Shown here piece after piece: positions 1-11,614 of a stretch of DNA of 64,000 bases (its first letter is position 1; each line of letters opens with the position of its first letter). Source of the stretch: Ruditapes philippinarum. Taxonomy: Eukaryota. The notes under the pieces were generated by a model, which had not been told where the DNA came from, searched no databases, and saw only the letters and a program-made list of their open reading frames with translations. The stretch spans positions 62,001 to 126,000 of the forward strand of contig NW_026859131.1 in the NCBI RefSeq assembly GCF_026571515.1. Direction: 5' to 3'. The position numbers and the translations under genes are program-made.

Positions 1-165
1 AGTCTGATCAGGATCCATGCTGTTCGCTTACCAACCCTATTACAAGTAAAGAAACTGATTGCGAACAGCATGGATCCTGATCAGACTGCGCGGATGCGCA
101 GGCTAGTCTGGATCCATGCTGGTCGCAAACGCACTATGTTGGTTTTGTTGTGACGCGGCTCATAT
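1..165. mobile_element. Palindromic MITE, right part (cut by window edge); same family as 47831..48071
   Basis: Internal inverted repeat agtctgatcaggatccatgctgttcgc...gcgaacagcatggatcctgatcagact and terminus ...cggctcatata; closely matches the complete copy at 47831..48071. Confidence 0.85.
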
Positions 166-283
166 AAATCCAAATGTATGATATATATAATAAAATTGGC
201 AAAGTCATAGAATCAAATATCATAATGACATGATCAATCAGAGTTTCATTTGATTGTTAAAATGATTAGCCTAAATGGATAAG

Positions 284-425
284 TATGATGGCTAGCGACA
301 ACACGACAAAACGCAAATCAACGTGCCGCACGACAACGCACCGTTTGGCGTGCTTCGCTAGCGACATGACGAGAAGACGACACTGTGACAACACATCGCG
401 CAAAGTGTACCAAATCAGCCACCAG
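284..425. mobile_element. Degenerate MITE of the TATGGTGGCTGATT...AATCAGCCACCATA terminal family
   Basis: Ends tatgatggcta... and ...ccaaatcagccacca resemble the TIRs at 13371..13664 and 40690..41172; the interior (cgaca-type repeats) differs. Confidence 0.5.
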
Positions 426-619
426 ATAAGCGGTTATGTTTTAACCATATGTTAGAAACTTGAATAATCACGTGATTGATATTTTATCAACAATTGGCTC
501 ACAATAACAGACATAAATCTTTTAACACATGATATTTCAAAATCACATTTTTCCGGTTATTCCAGGTGAGGGCAAGAAAATATTTTGCACAGTTTGTTCG
601 GTCTGATTGATTATAATAC

Positions 620-1208
620 TGTAAACGGGGAACAGTCTTTCGGTTCGATATCACAGGACCGTTTGTGTAAATTAAACAAAAGAAATGATAATAAAGGCAA
701 ATGTAAGTTTTATGAATTGTATTAAATATTTAAGTCATTATATTTCATAATAAACATGCATATAAAATAAATAAGGTAGGGGAAATAAAAGAAAATCGGA
801 AAACTTCCGAGAAATGAAAACAACGGCTTACCGCAATGGTGGTCAGAGCGCTTCTCTTCTTTTATGACGTCAAACCTTCACGTCCAAGTGTTCGTTCAAG
901 TTTGACGTCATAAAGTGACGTCATAAACATGTTAATTAACAGGACACTTGTTAATAGCAATTAACATACAGAATGTGATAAATTTAAGTTGGCAAAAGTG
1001 CCAAATGATTCCAAATACTTATTGTTTAGCAGCGTAATAATATTGCCTAACTTTAAACAAGAAAAGTGATCGTATAGTGTTTCAAAAGTGATCGTATAGT
1101 GTTTCAAAGGTGATTGTAAAGTATCAGTACTAGCATAATGGAAATTAAGATATCAGAATTAAATAGAAATATAGTACTTATATAAAGTAAATTTGGTCAT
1201 CTATTACA
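620..1208 (-). repeat. 3' LTR (589 bp)
   Basis: Begins TGTAAACGGGG, ends CTATTACA; no difference from 11026..11614 seen by eye. Confidence 0.95.
860..923. promoter_or_regulatory. Three CRE palindromes (TGACGTCA) in the LTR, two forming the arms of an inverted repeat
   Basis: TGACGTCA at 865..872, 903..910 and 916..923; tttatgacgtcaaac / gtttgacgtcataaa are reverse complements. Same arrangement in the other LTR (offset +10406). Confidence 0.55.
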
Positions 1209-1220
1209 CTCCCCCTACCT
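1209..1220 (-). other. Polypurine tract (AGGTAGGGGGAG)
   Basis: ctccccctacct abuts the 3' LTR. Confidence 0.9.
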
Positions 1221-2400
1221 TAGATCAATGTACATTGGTCAAAATGACCAAATAATGTGTAAGTTAAATAAATAACAGTTATGCAACACACCTTATTAGA
1301 GACTGGCTAACAATTAACAATAAATCCAAGTACACAAATAAAATTCAACAAGCATACAAGTAAACATTCATAAAATATTGCAGCTTAATACATTAACGTT
1401 TCGCAACATCTAAAACGTCTATATTAACAACATCACATATATACAAGATCAATTAAAATTTAACGTAAGTAAATGTTCGATCATGCCTATTAAAGTTCTT
1501 GTCTGTAGTTTAAGTGACTTTGGGTTTATTAATTAAATTGACTCTTCACAAAGGAGGAACAGTTCCATGTGTCGCGATTAAAAAAAGTTAGAATGTTTAT
1601 AAGTTTTAAGCCGTCTTTTTCTCTGTGGGTGTGTTTGTCTTTCTTTTATCTTGTTCCGAACGTGGTATAGTATGGAAGACTTCCAAAGTTGAACAATTCG
1701 CAAGTGTACCAGATAAGAATTGGCAGGATTACGCTCTGAAACATATGAAATATTGTTTAGACATTTGGAGAAGAATACCGATAACAATTATAAACATGCT
1801 GGAATTGACGATTATATCCAAGAAGTAACCAGACACCTTGAAATGAATGAAATTTAATTATACATATATGCAAAAAAAAAACGTTATCCAGTGCAGTGTG
1901 AAACAACTTCCTTCTGTTAATCTGGTCCTGGTATTTGCCAATTTGGACAATTACATACAAAGCTACCATGTCAACTCTACAATACGTAAACATCATGTAA
2001 GTTACTAATAATTAGATTGTAACCACATCTCCTTAAAAGAGAGTAACATTAACATTAAAACAATTCAAGTTGTTACAATCAATGAATAATCAATTTATTT
2101 TAAATTTAAATTACATGTACACACTTTCAAATAAAAGAACTTTACTGTACTAAATGTAACTTTTTGTATTATGATCAAAGCAAATAGCAAAAATTCATCG
2201 AGGCCCAAGCATAGAACCATTTATTTTTAATAATCCATTTAATAATATGTAAATATACAAATAGAAGTTATGTAGTTTATTTACACAAAATAAATAAACT
2301 ATATACATTACAATTGACTGCGGTGTTCCAACCTGATAATGAAAATAAACAACATGGTATGGTAACACATAAAATACAGTTGTTAAAAGAACAACTTGTT

Positions 2401-4748
2401 TTACTTGTTTGACTGATTCTTTTTTTCATCCAGTGCTTTAAGTTTTAATTTATCTTCTTCAGATAAAGATTCCAGTTTGTGCATTCTTCCCAAGGCAGCA
2501 CTGTACTCAACAATAACATCAGAACAAAACGAAGTGAAATTATAGAGCCCTTCAAGTGTTCGGGCATAGCAGGTGCAGACAGAAAACTGGATATGTTTGT
2601 TCGACATGATCAAAATGTACATGTGGGACTAGCAGAACCTGATGACTCTTGTAACTTATCAGCAGGGCTTGACACTAAAGGGGTAGTCAGAAGGACTACC
2701 TACTTTGAGGATCAGGTAGTCCTTGGCAAATCTCTAGGTCTTCAAGGGCAGTAATTGTCCGTGAAGAGTCTTCCTTCATATTAACATATAAGAATGGCTG
2801 GAGACCAGCTCCAAGAGAAGGAGGAAGAACCATCTCCAGGAGGAATATACAATGGATTAAATAATTTTGAAAGGTTTTATTAAGTGACAGATGATAAGAA
2901 AGGGCAGAACCAGAAAGAAAATGAACTCCCCTGAGATGATAATATTTGACGAAACTATCCCTTCTCAGAAACATGGAATAGGGAGAGGGGAAAAAATAGT
3001 GCGGGGAAGGAGATGGGAAGAAAGAGACGGAAAGTGGGGGGAAGAAAAGGGAGGAAGAGGGGGAGGAAGGGAGAGGGAGATGGAAGATGAGGAGGAGGAG
3101 GGAAGGCTGGGGAAAGAAGAAGGAGAGACTTGGAGAAGGATGAAGAGAGGAAAAGTAAAGAGAAGAGGTGAGAAAGAGGGAGGGGGAGGGGGTAGAGGGG
3201 AAGAAGGATTTGAAAGAAAAAGGAACGAACTAAAGTAGTATGATGTAAAGGGGGGAGTTATGTTAGAAGGGTGTGGGTGAGAGCTATGGAGGGGGAAAAA
3301 GAGATGGAAGTGGAGGGTAAAAAAATATAACAAAATGAGTGAAAAGTCGTAACAGGGCTAAAACACTGAAAGTAATCTTGAGGTAGGGTAAAGGGACCCA
3401 TGAAGAATGAAGAGATGGGAAGACGAATTGAAATAAGAAGAGCGAAGAAGCCAGAGCTGGTGGAGAAGGGAGAGCGAGAAAGAGAGAGGGGGGGAACGCC
3501 GATGAAGTGAAGAGAAGCTCTGGAAGGAATGGAAAGGAAAAAAATGGACGGGTATGCGAATATGTTGATGGCAGGAAACAGAAAAACGGGTGGGACTGGG
3601 CGAATAGTTTGAGAGACGATAGAAGGAAAGGGGGTGACAGGGGAAGTCAGAGTTAGCAAGACATTAGGGTTACCTGTGCCTGGGAGATGGGAAGGGTGTC
3701 TGAGAAGGAATGGAAGAGGCGAAAGGTGGAGGGAATAAGAGAGGGAGATATGTGGGAGAGAGAAAGGAAGGAAGGAGATGAGTGAGGAGCGCTGAGAGAG
3801 GGGAGGAAGAGAAGAATCGTAGAAGGGAAGAGAGGAGAAATTGAGAGGAGAGTGGAGGGCTGCTGATGAAATAAGAAGAGGTAGAGTTGTTTAGATGGAT
3901 AAATGTAGGAGGTGATGGAAGGAGACTGTGGAAGGAGGGGAGTGAAGACTGGATCATGGGAAACAATGGAGAGCTAGATGAAGGAGAGGTGAGGAATATA
4001 GAAGAGTAACAAAGTGAAGAGTAAAAACGTAGGCGGGAGCGGGGGGGGACTGGGAATGGAAAAGATGAGAGAAAGAAAAGGAGGAGGAAGGAGAGAAGAA
4101 GGGGGGAGGGAGAGGTGAGGGAAAACAGGAAAAGAGGAGGAGGGGGGTTGAATCATGTCTGTTAGTGTGGGAGAAGAAAACAGGGGAGAAAATTTGAAGT
4201 AAAAAAGGGGAAGAAAAGTAATGACAAATGTAGGAAAAGGAGGGAGAAGGCAATGGGAGAGAAGAGGAGGTCGAAAGAGGAAATAGGTGTTGTAAGGACT
4301 CCACGTGGGCGGAGGGGTCAAGAAGGGAGAGTATGGGGACGCTTGGGGAAGAGAGAGAGGAGGAGAACTGGACTCGAGTGTTAAAAGGAAAAGATGAGAA
4401 AGAGACAAGAGTAGTAAATGGACAAAGAGAGCAAATTAGCAAATGTAAGAGAGCACTCGGATGGGAGAGCTTGTGGTATAGAAAGAGAATGTGAGGTTGT
4501 GAGACGAGAGAGGTCATGGAGTGGCTTGTGACTGAGAATGAGATGGAGAAAAGTGAGAGGTTTTCGGGAAGGAGGGGAACTCTCAAACACACAGTTAACA
4601 ACATCTTAAATCTGCGAGCATGTCGGCCTATGCTTCTCCTGATAGTGGCGTCTGATAACTTCTTATTTGTTTTACTCTTTTGCTTAAAGAAGCATCCTTT
4701 GATCCTCACAGGGTTCGTTTCTTTATAAAATCCCGCAGCGTGTATCAT
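2401..4748 (-). pseudogene. Candidate accessory ORF3 of the retrotransposon (disrupted or garbled), possible C2H2 zinc finger and C-terminal coiled coil
   Basis: Lies between pol and the PPT; ATG at 4748 follows an acceptor-like ttttttatag. Fragments RRDSFVKYYHLRGVH (HX4H), NPLYIPPGD and the terminal LGRMHKLESLSEEDKLKLKALDEKKNQSNK*; the middle is low-complexity. Confidence 0.35.
2980..4580. repeat. ~1.6-kb non-periodic purine-rich (A/G) low-complexity tract
   Basis: Plus strand dominated by A and G with no repeat unit; generates the Ser/Pro/Leu/Phe-rich ORFs in the track. Confidence 0.8.
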
Positions 4749-5319
4749 TATCTATAAAAAAACATTAAGATAATACAGGCACACAAAGTGTTCAAAATAA
4801 AATTTGTAAAACTTTAATTAGTATTGGTCGACAGTTTTTGGAACAATTTTCCAAGGCTGTGAAACAACTGGAAAGAATGAGCATTCCAAGATTTCACTCG
4901 GAATTGTTCACAATATATATCTTAAACTGTAAAGTGCACTATTTAAATTCTTATAATTGTTTTATTTCATTGTAATAAACACTTTGGCATTAATAACATC
5001 AGTAAACATAACTTTATAAACTTTATTTTAAATTACAATTTTTTGTTTTTTCATTTTTTTTTTTTATGTAAGAGTACAAGGATTTAACAGATATATAAAG
5101 TCATTGCAATTATACATAGCTTTAGACGTATGCAAAATTTTATTAAGCATGTTTTATTTAGTAATATCCATCTATGTAAAGATTGATTGAGATAATGATT
5201 CATTAATTAAATGCATGAAACTAATTAGTAACATATTTCTCTAACATAACAATTTATTTTTAAGCATTTCAATGCAATTATCTTTCTTAAAAAAAATAAA
5301 CAGCTCTTAGATTCTTCGG

Positions 5320-8300
5320 CTCAATAAACGTATAGGTGTTTAGTCAGCACGTCCATGTTTTGAGGTAAATTTAATTGTTTATATGATTATGTTCATAACT
5401 TTTAAAAGTTATATCTGTGTAAGAGTCTTACGAATAATTTTCATTGAATCTGGGTGGACTTTCGGTTTACAATCATTATCTTAAATTTGATAACCAATTT
5501 GACTTGGTAATGGTTTACCAATTCCTAATTTGGGTCATCTGTGTATCCAAGATGTAAGTCTGGAAGTATCTCCTAAGGTATGGTTTAAGGTCATTAATGT
5601 GTACAGTAATCATTGGGATCAAGAGCCTTTTTTTTTTTTTGTATTTTTTACTGTCAATTCACTTGGTTTACCTATAACCAAGTTATGGTCCGGTCCAGCC
5701 TAAACTAATTTGACATTTGGCATAGGTGGATACCATCTCCATACCCATGAGTTTACCTCAATACTTTTAAGTTTTCATCATATTTTGGTCATGATAATCT
5801 TTTGTCTCTTGAAAGAGCCAGTCAAGTTTTTGTTGTGCAAATTCCAAAAGCCTGCTCACTGGCAAGCTTGAACCCAATGTACATATTCTATAGACACATA
5901 CAATTTGATTTTGGTCTCCGACCAAAATATCATTGGTTTTATTTCTCTACCAAACATTAAAAAGATGGTGTACATTTTGTGCTATCTGCACTTAGTTCTA
6001 TATGCAAACAAACATAAAGGAAGATGGTCATCCAGTCATTTTCGGTTGAATTGGCAAACATTGCCAACATTTGTTGCAATGTACGAATTAAAACGCTCAA
6101 TCATTCCATCAGACGAGGTGTAAGGGGTAGTTTGGGGTCTTGTCTATAATCTTTAATAATTTGCATAAGGCTTTGAATACAAATTTGATTCGAATTCCTC
6201 GACCTTTGATCCGTATGTATATCAATATGGGAGCATCCCATCACTGACTATATATAATCTGCGTTCATCTAAAGTATCAGCCTAGTTTTGTGCTGTATGG
6301 TTATTCTGCATAGCATAAGATCTGTCCATTTTTGTTGAAATAGTTCTCTACAGAGACATTATATAATGAATGACCACGGTGTCACAGAAGTTTGGTAAAG
6401 CCAAAGAATATCTATGGCCAATAGCGTCCAATGGGAAACCGGATTGCACATTTTTCTCCATTGGGGGCTTTCCTCGACCTGGGCCAGTTTCGCCTAGAAC
6501 ATAGATCACATTCATTGCACCACTAAGAGACATCACTAGTAAGACCAGGCCCAGTAAAACCTTGTATTTAATGGCGTTCACAGTCTTGTCTCTAACCAAA
6601 AAGTGTCCTAGCAATCTCTACTTAACTATGTTAATTGGTCAAAAATTATATCTGCGGATATTGTAGGGAATAGAGGACCAAAAGAATTTAGAGACTTTTT
6701 ACCTTCCGATATTCCTTGATGACAGAATTTTAATTTAAACAACTCATTACCTAGGGTAATATCATGAGCCAAAATATACTATGAATAAAACTTTAGTAAC
6801 CTCATTGATGGCTTATATTTTCGAAATAGATTGTAAGGATGGCTTTTTCCTGTCGATTGCATTGTCAATAAGTATCAAGGGCAGTAATGTAGGGTCTATT
6901 TAATTGGAAATCTCTAGCTGATCATTTGACCAAGTGTCATCCATTGTATAATTAACAAAATTTTTCAGTGGCTGAAAAATAAAACTAATATTCTGGATTA
7001 TGAATCTGTCATTTATTTTGCTTTTTCGTGCATTATACTTGATTTGATTCTAGAATATAATTATCAGATAGTCACGGGTTCCCGAATTCCGCAACCTTGA
7101 ACAATTATCAAGTTGATAATGTTACTTTTTCTTTGCTTGGTTTCTAGTACAAACAGAAATAATATGATTTGCTCTCTTTAATCGGTGAGACAAGTCAGTA
7201 CAAATTTTCGCGCTTGCATTTTGAGTGTTGTGCAATTCCCTACTAAGGGAAAATCAGCATTCCCTAAAGTGCAAGACTATGCCCTTTTGCTGTGTGCATC
7301 ATATTTCCAAATTTCACATAATGTGAATACTAAATAGGCTAGCGCAGCGCGCAAACCATACCGTCTTTAGGCTCTTTGAAATGAGGTTAAACCATTTAAG
7401 TGAAACTATGATCTTGTTACGTACTAGAAAAAGGTCTACAACCTTCATAAACTAAGATGTTTAAAATGACGGACAAAATATTGAACAAACGTTAGTCAAT
7501 TCCTTATAAAGATAGTACAGTATTTGCGACTCTGAGATTTTTTTAAGACTCTTTACTATCCCGTACGCAATTACCTGGTCCATACACCACTTTATGAACT
7601 TGTGATAAAAGATGGACGCCCATACAGAAATTAGAACAATCTGTATCCAGAATAAATGCGTCCTGTTGTTGTAGGATAAATCGCGCTAAAAATTGAGGAC
7701 GTCTCAAATTAACTTTGACTTCAAAATGTTGTAAATTGAATTATTCACATGGCCTCGGTGACCATATGAAACGACGGCTTATTTTTATGCGTAAGTTGTG
7801 TATGGGATAATGCAAATTGTGCTAAAAATTTTCATAACATATTTCTTGAAAATAATTTTGCAAGTCCAGAAAACTTTTAACAATCAGAAACAGACATCGA
7901 GGTTTTGGACCAATTTTGGAATAACAGCATATTTTTTAGCATGGATCACAAGCCACCCCAGGCACCCAGATAACTACATGGCCTATGATAAGCGACCTCC
8001 CTCTGAAATAATACTATGACATTTCTTTGGTTTCAATTTTTAATTTGCACACTTTTATATCTGTCGAAGACAAGCGTTAAGTTATCCTAATGCTTTTTCA
8101 AATGTGTCGCCATACACAATTATGTCGTCCAAAATAATACGCAGATCAGACGATTCACTGAATGCAGTCAGGGCTCGAGACCTTAGTACAGAAGAAATGG
8201 TAGTTCCATAGATCGTTGAATTGTGGCCTGGACTGTTTGCTAGCCCAAATGGGTCATAAAAATTAAAATGAACAAGCCCTGTGCGTCGCAAAATGCAGTT

Positions 8301-9600
8301 TTATGATATTTGATCATCAGTTATCCATGGCAACTTTGCAAAATACCCACTAGCTAGGTTCCAAGCAGTAACTAAACCCAAGAAGAACCCGCCAATTGGT
8401 CCAAGAAGAATCAGAAATATTTAGGCAAAGGATAGGCCATCTTTACGCGTAATATCCATTCAACTTTCTAATAATCTACACAGAATCTAACTGAATTTAT
8501 CTTTCTTTCGTACTAAGACAATAGGACTAGCAAAAAGCAGAATTGCCTTTCGGAAAATTAATACCATTTTCTAAACAATGTCATTTATTTCTTTATCGGC
8601 AATTTCACGTTGCGCAATAGGCAAACGTCTTGGAGGAAGCTTAATTTGGACGATTATCACCGGTGTCTATGGTATGTTTTACTACATCAAGTAAACCAAG
8701 TTTCCCATCAAGGCCGCTACAAAAATATCTTGGTAATTTATCAGAAAATTACGCAATCGTTCAGATTGTGATTTCGAAAGATTTTTTCGCAAGACTTTTC
8801 ATACATGGGCATTAAATGCTCCGGAAGTACATCATTTTCCATAGAAACGTTGAAATTTGTACTGTGTGAAACTAACTTCTGCTGACGAAATTTGAGATAA
8901 TTTTTGCTATTTCATAACCTTGTTTCAGCTTTACAGGCTCTGAATTTTAAATTCAAAAATAAGAGAATACAACTTCTTTGTTTGTTGCTTTCTACAAGAG
9001 ACCTGGCTGACAAATAGATCTTTACGCTGCAAAATTTTTTATCATTAGGTTCTACGATACCAAAAGTACCATTTTCCCATGAATCAAGTAAATTTACCCT
9101 TTAATAACAATTCACATTTGCAGGAATGCTGATCGTTTCCCCGAAACTGAAACGCGAGTGCATACATTTGTATTTTTCTCTTTTCAACTGCACCTTTGAA
9201 ATTCTTATTTTAAGAATACCTTGGCCCCAACTTAGTAGTAACATCAAATTTTCTAGAAAGTCCTTGGCCACAATATTAATACCATCCAATTTACTATCTA
9301 ACTGGCAACACCCCAAATTGTGTTTCAAACATCCGACGTTAATTTTAAGCTTGAGTTTACATTTGTCCAAAATATTCCAATGAGTACGTCAGCGACCTTT
9401 AAGCAAACATTGGATTTTTATTAAAGCGTTGGCACTAGCCAGGATTTAATAACAGTCATACGCACGTCAAATCTAACACGACGCACCAGAAAATCAATTA
9501 AATATCTTTTTCCTACCATCAATAACACAGGGTAGAAACCAAACAACCTTGTGAATATGGTCAATTAACAGAAGGCCTTATGTTTGAATCACTTTTTGGA
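5320..9600 (-). pseudogene. pol: pol (protease, RT, RNase H, integrase), many frameshifts and stops
   Basis: RFCVDY (~8480), LASGY (~8355), PFGLAN and LDDIIVYGDTFE (ORF 8082..8291), FILDTDCSNF (~7650), integrase Zn-finger region (ORF 6348..6614), SDGMIERFN (~6100), LGWTGP GPY/F motif (~5700). Boundaries approximate. Confidence 0.9.
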
Positions 9601-9639
9601 AAGGACTGGGCTTTCCGCCTCAACTCTAGCCCGTTCTAG

Positions 9640-10870
9640 TTTAACAACGAATTTTTGATTTGTGGTATTTAAATTTCATTAGAGTAGATGCATTTTATGT
9701 ACGACTGCGGATGGCGCAATCTGCCAAGGTTGTAAATTATCTTGGTTTGTAAACAGATCTATTCTGTTTTAACGGACAGTACGGTACTTGTGACGACTGC
9801 TTCGCGACAATTATACACATACTCTTTTTGACGGTGCGAAGTCAGATCTATTGCCCTGTCTTGTTATTATTACTGGCATCAATTTTAATTGATCTGAAAG
9901 TAAATCAAATTTTATCATTTAGAGAAGAGACAAGTTTCTGCTAGCGACAGTTTGCGTATTTACATCTCTCTTGAAATTTTGTAACGTGGACGGATATATT
10001 CTTCATTATAGGCTTACAAAGTCGTAAATGAGTCAAAATGCCTCAAATTCTGTTGCAAGAGAAAATGGCACTATCTTCTATATGAAAGACGGGTGTACCG
10101 AATTGCAATTCGTATGGCGCCTGAGGTTCGGGATCTATGACTATATTTAATCCCTACTATAAAGTTGATCTACAATTAAGGTTTCTAATGTTTTGTGCGG
10201 CATGTCGGGGGTAAGCTTTTATACCGAGACGCTTTAAATGATAACCATTATTCAGCAGGGGATTTCTTGCTTATTTTCGTCTCTTATTCCTAAAATTCAA
10301 ACTTATAACTCGAGGTTCTTTCACTTGGGTTGAAACGTTTATTGAGAGCTTCTCTCAGACAAGAATACAATGACTGCAACTCTGTTTTGAGACATTCTTC
10401 CAAAACACATTGCGTTGCAAGAGGCCCTGAGGCAGAATTGGCTAAAGTTTTGGAGGCTTTGTCAAAGTTCAGAACCACCTGTTTGTAATTTGCGACCTGT
10501 TCAAAATGGCTAATAAACAAGCCAAAGTCAGATTCGCCATTGAATTTATTCGGGCTCTCTTTTCTCTACGACGAGGCAAGTTCTCAAATTGGCGATAGCC
10601 AAGATTTAGTGGCGTTATACCGTCATTAAAATCTATCGATTGATTTTGGTTTATTACGTCACAATGATGACGTTTTACTGTTTACATTAGTGTCGTAGCC
10701 ATTTTGACAGCTAGATGTACTATTCATGGACATTGCTGTTTTGTGGGATTGTAGAGGCATCGTGCCCATAAATATCCGGCAAGGTTTGCTCTGTTTCATT
10801 AAAATCTAATTTTCTTTTTGGTGTTTGCATTACGGATTTACTGGAGTTACCTCTCCATGGCGTGAGAAAG
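9640..10870 (-). pseudogene. gag: gag, disrupted
   Basis: FISHFEQVANY and LREALNKRFNPSERTSSYKFEF (ORF 10290..10520) resemble Gypsy capsid; degenerate CCHC knuckle (YNCRE...CP) near 9780..9825; located between PBS and protease. Boundaries approximate. Confidence 0.7.
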
Positions 10871-11003
10871 TCAAGCAAACTTTTGAACATAATTATTGAA
10901 GTAGATCTACAGACTAGTAAAATAAATACGGAAAAATACTGATGGTAAATTTATATGAACAGTACACTACTATGATAATAATATATATAAATGCCACAAA
11001 ACG

Positions 11004-11024
11004 ATCCTGGTCACGGTGCCACCA
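11004..11024 (-). other. Primer-binding site, tRNA-His type with a 3-nt insertion
   Basis: Minus strand reads TGGTG-GCA-CCGTGACCAGGAT, 1 nt from the LTR; equals the complement of the invertebrate tRNA-His 3' end as I recall it (ATCCTGGTCACGGCACCA) plus GCA. Confidence 0.75.
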
Positions 11025-11025
11025 G

Positions 11026-11614
11026 TGTAAACGGGGAACAGTCTTTCGGTTCGATATCACAGGACCGTTTGTGTAAATTAAACAAAAGAAATGATAATAA
11101 AGGCAAATGTAAGTTTTATGAATTGTATTAAATATTTAAGTCATTATATTTCATAATAAACATGCATATAAAATAAATAAGGTAGGGGAAATAAAAGAAA
11201 ATCGGAAAACTTCCGAGAAATGAAAACAACGGCTTACCGCAATGGTGGTCAGAGCGCTTCTCTTCTTTTATGACGTCAAACCTTCACGTCCAAGTGTTCG
11301 TTCAAGTTTGACGTCATAAAGTGACGTCATAAACATGTTAATTAACAGGACACTTGTTAATAGCAATTAACATACAGAATGTGATAAATTTAAGTTGGCA
11401 AAAGTGCCAAATGATTCCAAATACTTATTGTTTAGCAGCGTAATAATATTGCCTAACTTTAAACAAGAAAAGTGATCGTATAGTGTTTCAAAAGTGATCG
11501 TATAGTGTTTCAAAGGTGATTGTAAAGTATCAGTACTAGCATAATGGAAATTAAGATATCAGAATTAAATAGAAATATAGTACTTATATAAAGTAAATTT
11601 GGTCATCTATTACA
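11026..11614 (-). repeat. 5' LTR (589 bp)
   Basis: Direct repeat of 620..1208 with TG...CA ends, followed by TSD ATAC. Confidence 0.95.

Larger units (their letters stand above)
620..11614 (-). mobile_element. Full-length Ty3/Gypsy LTR retrotransposon (~11.0 kb)
   Basis: Two 589-bp direct repeats with TGTAA...TTACA ends; 4-bp TSD ATAC at 616..619 and 11615..11618; PBS next to the right LTR and PPT next to the left LTR fix minus orientation; coding remnants in order gag-PR-RT-RNaseH-INT. Confidence 0.95.

Noticed and set aside
1578-1996. Short overlapping ORFs near the 3' end of the retroelement
   Set aside because: No recognisable motif; a further degraded accessory gene cannot be excluded but is unsupported.
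2891-4590. Glu/Gly/Arg-rich and Ser/Pro/Leu/Phe-rich ORFs on both strands
   Set aside because: By-products of the purine/pyrimidine-skewed tract; overlapping frames with no domain motifs. I looked for TatD and env motifs and found none convincing.
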